64,000 nucleotides of DNA from an uncultured Bacilli bacterium. Lineage in GTDB: Bacteria > Bacillota_I > Bacilli_A > RF39 > UBA660. Below, one piece after another: positions 27,401 to 37,234 of this stretch; within the stretch, counting starts at the first letter, position 1, and each line of letters opens with the position of its first letter. Location: NCBI GenBank assembly GCA_934086395.1, contig CAKOIE010000003.1:1163-65162 (forward strand), in the 5' to 3' direction. The notes under the pieces are model-generated. The model had not been told where the DNA came from and made no database searches. It saw only the letters and a program-made list of their open reading frames with translations. Position numbers and translations under genes: made by a program.

Positions 27401-29185
27401 TTAATTCATTACCCTCTTAAATAATCTTTCTAATTCATATTTAGTAAATGTAATAATTGTTGGTCTTCCATGCGGACAATTATAAGGATTATCACATTTA
27501 ACTAATTGATTTAATATACTTTCAGCTTCTTCCATTGTAATTGAAGTATTACCTTTAACACTCATCTTACAAGCACAAGTAGCAGAAATATTATCAATAA
27601 ATCTTACTCTATCAAAATCTTTAGGCATCTCTAAAACATACTCAATAATTCTTCTTATATTTTCTTCTTCATAACCTGAAATTAACCAAGTTGGATGGGT
27701 TTTAATAATAATCGTATTTATTCCAAAATCATCAATAACAAAACCTAAATCAGTTAACACCTTTTTATTATCTTGTAACTTTAAATAATCACTAGGAGAT
27801 AGTTCAATACTTATGGGAATAAGTAAATCTGTTGTTTTAATTTTATCATCATATAATGCATTTCTAATCTTTTCATAATTAATTCTTTCTTGAGCAGCAT
27901 GTTGATCTATTAAATACATCGCATTATCATTTTGCGCAATTATATAAGTTCCCATAACTAATCCACAAGGATAAAACTCAATCTTTTTAATTTCTTCATT
28001 CTTTTCATTAACCTTAAAATCCATAGTTACTTGTTCTTTTTCACTTAGATTATCATTAATAGAATCATTAATAAATAAAGGAGTTTCCTCTATAACATAA
28101 TCTTCTTCACTATCATTATTAAAAGATTTATCAACCTCACTTACTGTTTGAATAGGAATATTTATTTGTTTACTTTCTTTAACTTCTACATTTGGCACTA
28201 ATAAGCTTTTATATAAAGCGTCTTTAATAGTGCTAGTAATTAAACTAGTTAAACTATCTATCTTACTAAATTTAATATCTTGTTTAGTTGGATGAATATT
28301 TACATCTATTAAAGTAGGATCAGTTTCAATCTTTAAAACTACCACCGGATATTTAATATCAGGTTTATATGTATAATAAGCATCATTAATGGTTTTATTT
28401 ACCTCAGCATTTTTAACTACTCTACCATTAACTATTGTAATCATAAAATTACGATTAGACTTTAATACACATGGTTTACAAATATATCCAGAAATATCAT
28501 AATCATCATTACTAGCGTTTATCTTAACCATATTTTTACTGATATTTGCCCCAAATAATTCATGTATTACTTTAAGTAAATTATTACTACCAGTTGTTTC
28601 TATTAATGTATTTCCATTATTCATAAGTTTAAATGATATATTAGGATAACTAAGTGCTAATTTCTCCACATAATTAGTTATATAACTAAGTTCAGTAACC
28701 TCACTCTTTAAATATTTAAGTCTAGCAGGAGTATTATAAAATAAATCTCTTATTTTAATAATAGTACCCTTTCTTAAATCACATGATGAAGTATTTTCTA
28801 ACTTACCACCATTTATTTCTAAATAAGTTCCTTCTTTTCCATCACTAGTTCTTAAACTAACTTTAGAAACAGATGCAATTGATGGAAGTGCTTCACCTCT
28901 AAAACCTAGTGAATTAATAAAGAATAAATCTTCTAATTTATATATTTTACTTGTTGCATGTCTTTTAAACGCAAGCATAGCATCTTCATGATTCATTCCA
29001 ATACCATCATCAGTAATCATTATCTCTTTTAAACCGGAATTAATTAGTTCTATTTTAATTGATTTACTCTGAGCATCTATAGAATTTTCAACTAATTCCT
29101 TAACCACATTAGCTGCTTTTTCTACTACCTCTCCAGCTGCTATTTTATTGGATAAATCTTCATCCATTACTTTAATTCTTGTCAT
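27401..29185 (-). CDS. mutL: DNA mismatch repair protein MutL
   Basis: IAAGEVVEKAANVVKELVENSIDA, GFRGEALPSI, and C-terminal CPHGRPT. Confidence 0.92.
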   Translation of the reverse strand: MTRIKVMDEDLSNKIAAGEVVEKAANVVKELVENSIDAQSKSIKIELINSGLKEIMITDDGIGMNHEDAMLAFKRHATSKIYKLEDLFFINSLGFRGEALPSIASVSKVSLRTSDGKEGTYLEINGGKLENTSSCDLRKGTIIKIRDLFYNTPARLKYLKSEVTELSYITNYVEKLALSYPNISFKLMNNGNTLIETTGSNNLLKVIHELFGANISKNMVKINASNDDYDISGYICKPCVLKSNRNFMITIVNGRVVKNAEVNKTINDAYYTYKPDIKYPVVVLKIETDPTLIDVNIHPTKQDIKFSKIDSLTSLITSTIKDALYKSLLVPNVEVKESKQINIPIQTVSEVDKSFNNDSEEDYVIEETPLFINDSINDNLSEKEQVTMDFKVNEKNEEIKKIEFYPCGLVMGTYIIAQNDNAMYLIDQHAAQERINYEKIRNALYDDKIKTTDLLIPISIELSPSDYLKLQDNKKVLTDLGFVIDDFGINTIIIKTHPTWLISGYEEENIRRIIEYVLEMPKDFDRVRFIDNISATCACKMSVKGNTSITMEEAESILNQLVKCDNPYNCPHGRPTIITFTKYELERLFKRVMN

Positions 29186-29188
29186 ATA

Positions 29189-30142
29189 CTACTTAAACAC
29201 ACTTTCTCTAAACTCTAATAAACTACTATCTATATTAGATAAGCCAACATTACCCTCATTTTTAACATTTATAAAACCTAACCCATATATAACAATATCA
29301 CTATTAGAATTAATTTTCTGATTATATGTAAAACTTATATCATCTTTATAATACTTTTTAATCTCTAAATCATAACAAGAATAAACAGTTATACTTGTAG
29401 CATAATCAAACCTAATATAAAACTTATCTATCTTAAGAACTTCCCCATCTTTCATTTGGTATGTTAATGGTTTAATAACCTTCTTTAAAGTACAATTTGC
29501 CTCATAACTATCAGTTACAAACCCCGGTGAATCAATTATAGTTAAATTATTATTAATATTTAATCTTATAAAATCTAGTGTAGTATTTTTACTATTACTT
29601 ATAGTAGTTTTAGTTAGTTTAGAATCAAAAGCATCCAATATATTATTTATTAAGGTACTTTTACCTGAATTGGTTTCTCCTAAAATGTAACTTTCCCTAA
29701 TATTATTAGTTATTAAATAATTAATTAAAGAATCTATTCCATAACCATTAACACTACTAACAAACCTAACATTATTTACTTTATAATTATTCATTATATA
29801 TTTTCTAATATTATCAATTTTAATATCTTTAGGAATTACATCTATTTTAGATAATAACAACAATTTTTTCCCTTTAATCTTATTATATATATTAATTATT
29901 TTATCTGATAAAGATAAAAAATCACACATAAATATTGTAAATTTATCATCACTATTAACTAAATACAATATCTCTTCAACCTTTTTAGGAACTGTATCAT
30001 TAATATTCACTCCATAATGCATTAATTTAAAACATCTCATACAATATTTAGCATCATTTAATTTATTTTCTGGAACATATCCTTTAGCATCTTTATTACT
30101 ATATTGTAATTTAGCCCCACATCCAAAACATATTTTACTCAT
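29189..30142 (-). CDS. yqeH: ribosome biogenesis GTPase YqeH
   Basis: N-terminal zinc knuckle CFGCGAKLQ..CMRCF. Circularly permuted G motifs (LSKIDV ... GETNSGKSTLIN ... DSPG). Confidence 0.8.
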   Translation of the reverse strand: MSKICFGCGAKLQYSNKDAKGYVPENKLNDAKYCMRCFKLMHYGVNINDTVPKKVEEILYLVNSDDKFTIFMCDFLSLSDKIINIYNKIKGKKLLLLSKIDVIPKDIKIDNIRKYIMNNYKVNNVRFVSSVNGYGIDSLINYLITNNIRESYILGETNSGKSTLINNILDAFDSKLTKTTISNSKNTTLDFIRLNINNNLTIIDSPGFVTDSYEANCTLKKVIKPLTYQMKDGEVLKIDKFYIRFDYATSITVYSCYDLEIKKYYKDDISFTYNQKINSNSDIVIYGLGFINVKNEGNVGLSNIDSSLLEFRESVFK

Positions 30143-30659
30143 AATATTCTCCTTTTTTTAATAATTCTTTTTTCTCTAACTTATTATAAATGAATGGCTC
30201 AATAAACCTATTAAACTTAGTTAAAACATAATCAGTTTTACCTATTGGATTAACTAAAATACTTAATAGTTCTAATCTATTAGCCCCATAAATATCAGTT
30301 AATAATTGATCACCTACGCATGCTATTTGAGTAGTTTTAAGTCTATATAAACTCATAACTTTTTTATACTTTTTACTAAATGGTTTTCCAGCAAAATAAG
30401 CAGAATCAACATTTAATATTTCTTTAAAAGGTTCTACTCTTTTCTTATTAGAATTAGATATAATTAATATTTTTAAATTTAATTCTTTAATATCTTCTAT
30501 TAAATCTTTTAACTTCTTAGAAGGTTTATTCATATTTAAAGGAGCAAGTGTATTATCTAAATCAAAAATAACACATTTAATTCCTTTCTTTTTTAATTTA
30601 TTATAATCTATATCATAAACACTTTTATAATACATATCAGGTACAAACTTATCTAACAT
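30135..30659 (-). CDS. yqeG: YqeG family HAD-IIIA phosphatase
   Basis: VIFDLDNTL, ISNSN and VGDQLLTDI. It sits upstream of yqeH, as in Bacillus. Confidence 0.8.
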   Translation of the reverse strand: MLDKFVPDMYYKSVYDIDYNKLKKKGIKCVIFDLDNTLAPLNMNKPSKKLKDLIEDIKELNLKILIISNSNKKRVEPFKEILNVDSAYFAGKPFSKKYKKVMSLYRLKTTQIACVGDQLLTDIYGANRLELLSILVNPIGKTDYVLTKFNRFIEPFIYNKLEKKELLKKGEYYE

Positions 30660-30817
30660 AATATCCCTCGATTTCTTATATCAAAATTGTATCAAATTTA
30701 CTTAATAAAGAAAAGAATTTAAATGCATATAGAAAAAAATGGATATAATTCCATTTCCAAAAATAAATAAATTTTAATCTAATTTATACAAAGACACAGT
30801 TAATTGAACGGACTCCA

Positions 30818-32542
30818 TTAAATAGATAATTTATAAGGATCAACTTTTTCACCATTTCCACTAGCTATCAAGATATCAGATTTCAAGAAAACGGCCGGCC
30901 AAACCGCGTAGGAATCATACGCGAAGCCGTAGTCGAAAGCACCGTCCCCAAGCACAACGAACACGCTATGCGAGTAACCAGAGTAAGGCGATAACGTCCA
31001 ATACCAAGAGTTTTTAAATAACCAGTTATCTGTCTTACATTTTCCGTTTGTGTAATCCCATTTATCACTTTCTTTATCATATGTTACACCTGCTCTTAGG
31101 TTTTCATGACATTCTGCAAGTGTTGATGCATATCCATAATCACTGGCATAAATTAGTCCAACCTTACCTGTCCACTCAGTAGGGCGATTATTTTGATATG
31201 TTATTGTTCCTCTTTCTTTATTATATTGATCTAATAGAGGCAATCCATATGGTGGAGTATTTGGATTATTCCAGGTATTTCCTCCTATGTTCCATACACT
31301 TTCACTTATCATATTTTGATAATTACTTTTTATAACTTTAGTATAATCAAATTCTCCAGTTTGGCGAAGTACTGGTTTCTTAGTTGTTGAATCATAATAT
31401 GAATTATACCAATTATTCTTGTTTGCTGTTAATGCTGTATTTAAATAATCACCATTTAATTCATTTTTTAAGTCTGCTTCTGTCCAATTATTAAATCCAT
31501 AATCATTATTTCCAGTTGCATCCCATGAATAATTACCTAATGATTCATTTCTAACTAATTTAATCTTTCTTTCAATTTTACCAATTGAATCTTTTACATT
31601 AAAAACTCCAACTATTCTCCATAATTCTCCTGTGTTTGCAAACTCAACATAATTTCTAGGCTCAGCACCTGTATATCTTACATTTTTATCTACGGTTGGA
31701 TCGATAAATAATCCATGTTTATTGTTACTATCTAGTTCTTGAACTTTACTTACATATTCTACTGCATTTATTCCTTTACTTTCAAAGTTTACTACTAACT
31801 TATTTGGTATATTATCTAAATTTGAAACATTAATATCCCATTTTCCGGTTGCATAATTACAGTTAAAACTTACTGGGCTATCTTTTAACTCAGTATTATT
31901 TTTATAAGCAGTTGATACGGCACTATAAAAACAAGTAGTAGGTAATTCTTTTACTTCTACTCCATCTACATACGCTACTATATCTATATCTTTATTAATA
32001 CCTTTAATATATTTTATCTGATTTGCTAGTTCTAAATCATTCCATATATATCCAGCATTTAAATTAAGTTTTATATAATAATCATTATTACTTTTATTAT
32101 TTGTTAAGATAGTTAATGACTTAGTTTTACTTGAATTTATAGTTCCACTTACTTCACTAGATTCATATTCTTTAGATACACTTATATCACTTGGTATATT
32201 ATTATTTGTTTCTGTACAATTTTGATTATTACATAATTCATAAGTAAATTCATACTTAACATCTATTTTATTTAAATTAGTTAATATTATATTAAATTGT
32301 TCAATCTTACCTGCTTGTAAATGTAATATTCTATCATTTGTTTCACCACTATTTGTTGTTATATTAAATGATAAATCATTAACCTTTATATTAGCAATCT
32401 TTTTATTTTGACTACTTGTAAACATCGATAATGAATAACCTAAAGTAAATATAAATAATAGTATAATTCCCATTATAGTTAATATCTTTGCTTGTTTATC
32501 TTTTTTTATTAAATTAAAAAATTTGATAAGTTTAGTTTTCAT
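30818..32542 (-). CDS. secreted surface protein with a DUF1566/DUF6273-like C-terminal module
   Basis: 574 aa with an N-terminal TM/signal segment. The C-terminus is ..NSWYWTLSPYSG....AVWPAVFLKS. It is a paralog of 1..1592 and of the split gene 34760..36063. Confidence 0.75.
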   Translation of the reverse strand: MKTKLIKFFNLIKKDKQAKILTIMGIILLFIFTLGYSLSMFTSSQNKKIANIKVNDLSFNITTNSGETNDRILHLQAGKIEQFNIILTNLNKIDVKYEFTYELCNNQNCTETNNNIPSDISVSKEYESSEVSGTINSSKTKSLTILTNNKSNNDYYIKLNLNAGYIWNDLELANQIKYIKGINKDIDIVAYVDGVEVKELPTTCFYSAVSTAYKNNTELKDSPVSFNCNYATGKWDINVSNLDNIPNKLVVNFESKGINAVEYVSKVQELDSNNKHGLFIDPTVDKNVRYTGAEPRNYVEFANTGELWRIVGVFNVKDSIGKIERKIKLVRNESLGNYSWDATGNNDYGFNNWTEADLKNELNGDYLNTALTANKNNWYNSYYDSTTKKPVLRQTGEFDYTKVIKSNYQNMISESVWNIGGNTWNNPNTPPYGLPLLDQYNKERGTITYQNNRPTEWTGKVGLIYASDYGYASTLAECHENLRAGVTYDKESDKWDYTNGKCKTDNWLFKNSWYWTLSPYSGYSHSVFVVLGDGAFDYGFAYDSYAVWPAVFLKSDILIASGNGEKVDPYKLSI

Positions 32543-32567
32543 ATTTTTAAGCTCCTATTCTTATCAA

Positions 32568-32595
32568 ATTATAATACTAAACACCCCCCCGTCAA
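32568..32595 (-). promoter_or_regulatory. sigma-A-type promoter TTGACG-16-TATAAT with a G7 tract in the spacer
   Basis: The reverse complement reads cgcTTGACGggggggtgtttagtatTATAATttg. The C7 run on the plus strand is 32584-32590. Confidence 0.55.
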
Positions 32596-32637
32596 GCGAA
32601 AAAGTGTTTGTTTATTATTTATATTATAAATTATATA

Positions 32638-33087
32638 TTAAATAAATGTTTTGGTATGTTCTTTTGAATATTTATTTTTAAATTCTTCTACGGTTGTATC
32701 TATGTCTATATGTGAAAGCATCCAATCTATACGATTTGCACGATCATTAAAATATGATACTTTTTCCGTATTTATATCCTCATTTAAAGTAGATAAAACT
32801 TCATTAATTCTTTTTCCTAATACAATATCTACTGCTGCCATTTGAATAGGAATACTTGCCTTAATTTGAGTTTCTGTATTATATTTTTCTACTAAATGCA
32901 TATTAACAAATTGCATATAATCATCAAAATTATCAATTACATAAACAAGTTGTTCTTTTCTCTTAAGGATATGTTCCTTAAATTCATTTGGATCAATTAA
33001 ACTTCTTTTTTTAGACACTTCATTATAAAACTTATCTATCACATTTAGAATAACATTTTTTATTTCTTCATTATAATAATCTTTCAT
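32638..33087 (-). CDS. hypothetical protein
   Basis: 149 aa, helical and soluble-looking. I recognise no motif. Confidence 0.45.
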   Translation of the reverse strand: MKDYYNEEIKNVILNVIDKFYNEVSKKRSLIDPNEFKEHILKRKEQLVYVIDNFDDYMQFVNMHLVEKYNTETQIKASIPIQMAAVDIVLGKRINEVLSTLNEDINTEKVSYFNDRANRIDWMLSHIDIDTTVEEFKNKYSKEHTKTFI

Positions 33088-33334
33088 ATCTTCTCCTTAT
33101 AGTTAAATTTTACCATAAAAGTAATAAAAATTAAAATGGATTTTTAAGTATTAATAATTAATATTAATTTAGTAATTTTAGTTTTCATCTTTATTTCTAT
33201 TTCAGCTTCTAGTTATTTTTAATATATGATTAAAATAATAACTACTGAGCACTACTTTTAGTATACTTTAAATTAACTTTTTCTTAAGTTTAAAATTTAA
33301 TACAAAAAACTATTAGCTATTTAAAACTAATAGT

Positions 33335-34588
33335 TTACTTTTTTAAATCATTTATTTTAATACTTCTTGTATGTTTTATTGCTTCCCATTTATCATATTT
33401 TTTTATAAATACAGAAATATTTATTGGAATCCAGCTTAATAAAAATATAGAAAATAATATAATAGTTGCTGTCATGCCTTTAAGATCTTTTTTCTTATAT
33501 AATAAAGCAAATATTTCTATAGCAATACCCATAGCAAGTAAAACACAGAAAAATACAATATTTGTTGCAAAAAAGTAAGAAAATATATCATGTAATTGTA
33601 TTCCAACTATTTTAAAGACAATTAATAATACAAAATTAAAGAAGGAAATAACTTGCATAAGTGGTCCTAAATATACTAAGGACATATCTAAACTTGCTAA
33701 TCTTCCTGTTTTAAGGAAATTTTTAAATAATTTAACACTGTATCTATTCATACACTGAATAATACCAGCGCTCCATCTTTTTCTTTGTTTCCATGATGCT
33801 CCAAAGTTAATTGGATATTCATCATAAGTTATAGCTTCTTCTACAAAAGCAATTTGTTCGTTTTTTAATGCACATTGTCCGGTAAACTCTACATCTTCTG
33901 TTAATGTGTAAGTTTCAAATCCATCTCGATCAATAATGTCCTTACTAATCATAAAACCTGTACCATTAATAGATGCAGATGAGTCAAATGCCATTCTTGA
34001 TTGATTGAAAAAAATATTTTGAAATAAATAAAATATTGTATAACTACCACTAATCCAGTTATCTTTTGGATTCTTGCTATCACGATATCCTTCTGCTACT
34101 TTGTATCCGGAATTATAGCAATCGTTCATATGTTTTAAGAAATCATTATGAACCACGTTATCAGCATCAAAAATAATATATGCATCTATTTCTTTGTTAT
34201 CTTTTAATTTTTCAAACGCTACTTTAAGAACATCACCTTTAGTTTTAGTAGGCTTGTTACATTCAATAACTGATGCACCAGCATCAAGAGCAACCTTGGC
34301 AGTGTTATCAATACAGTTATTTGGAATAACAAAAATTCCATACTTATCTTTTGGATAGTTTAATTGTTTTAAACTTTCAATTAAATTACCAATAACTTGT
34401 TCTTCATTTCTAGCAGCAACTATAATTGCAAAAAAATTCTTCTTTTTACTTTTTTTAAATTTTACTTTACTTTTTTTAATTATTCCTAAAAAACCACTTA
34501 CGGCAAAGTATAAGCCATAAATTAGTGTTATATAGAATAATATGTAATAAATTATTTTCATGATAATTATCATACTTCTCACACCCAA
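33335..34588 (-). CDS. family 2 glycosyltransferase, processive (PgaC/IcaA/cellulose-synthase-like)
   Basis: AARNEEQVIGNLIESL, FDADN, TEDVEF and QRKRWSAG (QxxRW), flanked by TM helices. Confidence 0.8.
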   Translation of the reverse strand: MGVRSMIIIMKIIYYILFYITLIYGLYFAVSGFLGIIKKSKVKFKKSKKKNFFAIIVAARNEEQVIGNLIESLKQLNYPKDKYGIFVIPNNCIDNTAKVALDAGASVIECNKPTKTKGDVLKVAFEKLKDNKEIDAYIIFDADNVVHNDFLKHMNDCYNSGYKVAEGYRDSKNPKDNWISGSYTIFYLFQNIFFNQSRMAFDSSASINGTGFMISKDIIDRDGFETYTLTEDVEFTGQCALKNEQIAFVEEAITYDEYPINFGASWKQRKRWSAGIIQCMNRYSVKLFKNFLKTGRLASLDMSLVYLGPLMQVISFFNFVLLIVFKIVGIQLHDIFSYFFATNIVFFCVLLAMGIAIEIFALLYKKKDLKGMTATIILFSIFLLSWIPINISVFIKKYDKWEAIKHTRSIKINDLKK

Positions 34589-34759
34589 ATCATTATATAA
34601 TATTTTTTTATTTATCTCTACTATTTATTTCGTAAAATTTTATAAGAATACCATCTATCTCCCTTTGATATAATAAATATCATATTTATTATATCATGGA
34701 TATAATTAATTTATAGTATTTTTTTGTAATTTTGTTAATTTTAATTTTTCACCTATATT

Positions 34760-36063
34760 TTACATAATTCTAAATGCCGGTGATATTCCTTGTTTTGTAT
34801 TTGAAGCAAGACTTCTATACCAATCTCCCGAAACATTAATATATACAAAAGTACTATTAGTTGAATTACGTAACCACCAAAAACTATTTGTTCCATCATA
34901 TTTTTTTATTAATAAACCAAAATTATCAGTAGTAACATTATTTATAGAATAATAATCTAACTGCCTACTTAAATTATATGCGCTATCTGTAGGAGAAATA
35001 TGATTAGATTTACCGTCTTTAAATATTTCTCTAGCGCTTAATAAATATATTTTATCTTCAGTACTAAAATTTGTACTATCACTTGAACCATAGCCTGAAA
35101 TAACATTTGTTGAAATAATGCTATTTTGTAAACCCGTGGGCAATTTAGTAAAAAAAGAATTATTTAAATAAGTTCTTATTTCCGATTTTTCCCATCCACC
35201 TGTATTAGTTGCTGTAAGATTCATCTCCTTTAATTCTACGATATCCACAAATTCTAAAACAAATCCACAAGCTGTCTTTGAAAATCCCTGTTTACTGCAT
35301 TCTTCAGGTGTTGTATTATTTGCAACTCTAACTTTATGTACTTGATTATCAATCATTACCTCTTTTTCAGAACCAACTGCATATGTTGTTAAATAACCAT
35401 CTTTAACAATATTAGCTATTCTTTCCCATGAATCAGTACTAAATGATCCTTCATAGTTAACAACTATCTTTCCAGCGAAACTTTTTCCTTTTTCACTATC
35501 TTGATTTTCATTATTATCTGGAAATTGTAGTTTTAAATTAAATGTAATTGTTTGATTTGTGGTATTTGTTTTAAAATCTCCTGTTGCGAGTTCTAGGTAT
35601 CTATTCCATTTTTTAAAGTTCCATGAGTATAGCCTGTTTCTGAGGTATTTCCAGGTATTGTTTGATTTGCTGTTCCAACTAAATTACTTGTTACATTATT
35701 ATTTGTATTAGTTCTTTTTATATAATAATGAATCATTCCATCACTAAACTCTGATACATAATCTAGGCCTACTTTATATGGCATAGCTAAACCATTTGTC
35801 GTATTTGTTCCTGTTAATTTAAATGTTTTATTAACTATAATGTCATTACTTGGCACAATATTTTTACTAGTTAACAAATCACTTGATCCATCAGAATAAC
35901 TTATGGTCATCTTACCTCCTGTTACTTCTACTATTGATGTACTTCCATTATTGTTTGTTGATGTAAAAAAAGCATATGTTATTCCTGAAAACATCATTAA
36001 TAATATTAATAATGTTCCAATCATTACATATACTTTTGCTCTTTCATTCTTAACATTATTCAT
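34760..36063 (-). pseudogene. secreted protein of the same family, split by a frameshift at an A6 tract (track ORFs 35593..36063 and 34760..35356)
   Basis: The upstream ORF carries a camelysin/TasA-type signal (..FSGITYAFFTST). The downstream frame is open from ~35650 and ends in WWLRNS...GISPAFRIM. One extra A at 35609-35614 fuses them into 434 codons. Confidence 0.7.
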
Positions 36064-36088
36064 TTTATTTCACCTAACCTACAGTGAA

Positions 36089-36118
36089 ATTATATTACTA
36101 AAAGTTCTTTCCAGTCAA
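36089..36118 (-). promoter_or_regulatory. promoter TTGACT-18-TATAAT, homologous to the two G7-tract promoters
   Basis: The reverse complement reads acTTGACTggaaagaacttttagtaaTATAATttc. It shares CTTTTAGTAATATAAT with 1618..1645, but GGAAAGAA replaces the G-run. Confidence 0.5.
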
Positions 36119-36160
36119 GTAAATGTTTGTTCTAGTTATAATTTATTCTATATGTAACTA

Positions 36161-36565
36161 TTATCTTGTTCTTCTTGAACGTAGTTCATTTGTTGAATTT
36201 TGTTGCATTTTTTTAAGTTCTATTTTTTTAATTTCTTGCACTAAAACCCTAATATTTCGCATATAATAATTAAGTTCAGTTTTACTAAAATAATCTGCAT
36301 ATAAATTAAATATCATATTACTTAAGTTACTTAACTCAGTTAAAATAAGAGTTCCATCAGTATCGTTTCCCTCATTATCAATAAAAATTAATATTTTAGA
36401 AACTAATTTAGAAAAATCAAAATTAATATTATATTTTATAAATATTTTAATTATTTTTTCATCTACGATAGATACTTCCATATTATTTAATGTAATAGGA
36501 TAACTAAAGAAATCAAATGATTCTTTAAATTTATATTTTTTCTTATTTTTATATAATTTATACAT
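36161..36565 (-). CDS. hypothetical protein
   Basis: 134 aa, immediately downstream of trmD. Confidence 0.45.
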   Translation of the reverse strand: MYKLYKNKKKYKFKESFDFFSYPITLNNMEVSIVDEKIIKIFIKYNINFDFSKLVSKILIFIDNEGNDTDGTLILTELSNLSNMIFNLYADYFSKTELNYYMRNIRVLVQEIKKIELKKMQQNSTNELRSRRTR

Positions 36566-36568
36566 AAT

Positions 36569-37234
36569 TTAATCCCCCATTAAATCATTTCTTTTTTCCC
36601 TTGTTACTCTTATTTTCTCACTTTTACGATACTCATCTATTTTTTGATGATTACCAGAAAGTAAAATGCTTGGAACTTTCATTCCTCTATATTCTTCTGG
36701 CTTTGTATATGTTGGATAATCTAATAAATTATCATTAAAACTTTCACTTTCTAAACTCTCTTTATTGATAACTCCGCTAATTAATCTAACAATAGAATCA
36801 GTTATCATCATGGCAGGTAATTCTCCGCCTGTTAAAACGAAATCACCAATACTGATTACTTCATCGGCTAAGAGTTTTATTCTTTCATCAAAACCTTCAT
36901 AATGTCCACAAATTATTATTAGATGTTTTTTAGTGCTTAGTTCTTTAGCTTTTGCTTGTTTATAAGTTGTGCCAGTTGGATCCATAATAATTATATAAGA
37001 ATCTTTTGTTTTAATAGCATCTATTGCTTCATAAATAGGTTCACATCTTAAAACCATTCCTGCTCCTCCACCATATGGAGTATCATCAACCATTTTATTA
37101 TTTAAAGGTGAGTAATCACGAAAATTTATTATTTCTATTTCTACTTTTTTATCATTAATAGCTCTTTTAATAATAGATTCAGTTAGAAAACCATCAAACA
37201 TATTAGGAAATAAACTTAATATACTGATTTTCAT
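36569..37234 (-). CDS. trmD: tRNA (guanine37-N1)-methyltransferase
   Basis: LSLFPNMFDGF, DDTPYGGGAGMVL and ICGHYEGFDERI. Confidence 0.92.
   Translation of the reverse strand: MKISILSLFPNMFDGFLTESIIKRAINDKKVEIEIINFRDYSPLNNKMVDDTPYGGGAGMVLRCEPIYEAIDAIKTKDSYIIIMDPTGTTYKQAKAKELSTKKHLIIICGHYEGFDERIKLLADEVISIGDFVLTGGELPAMMITDSIVRLISGVINKESLESESFNDNLLDYPTYTKPEEYRGMKVPSILLSGNHQKIDEYRKSEKIRVTREKRNDLMGD

Noticed and set aside
30883-31080. A 65-aa alternative-frame ORF on the minus strand inside the GC-rich patch.
   Set aside because: It lies entirely within the longer, paralog-supported 574-aa frame. Its openness is a by-product of the local GC-rich, stop-poor composition.
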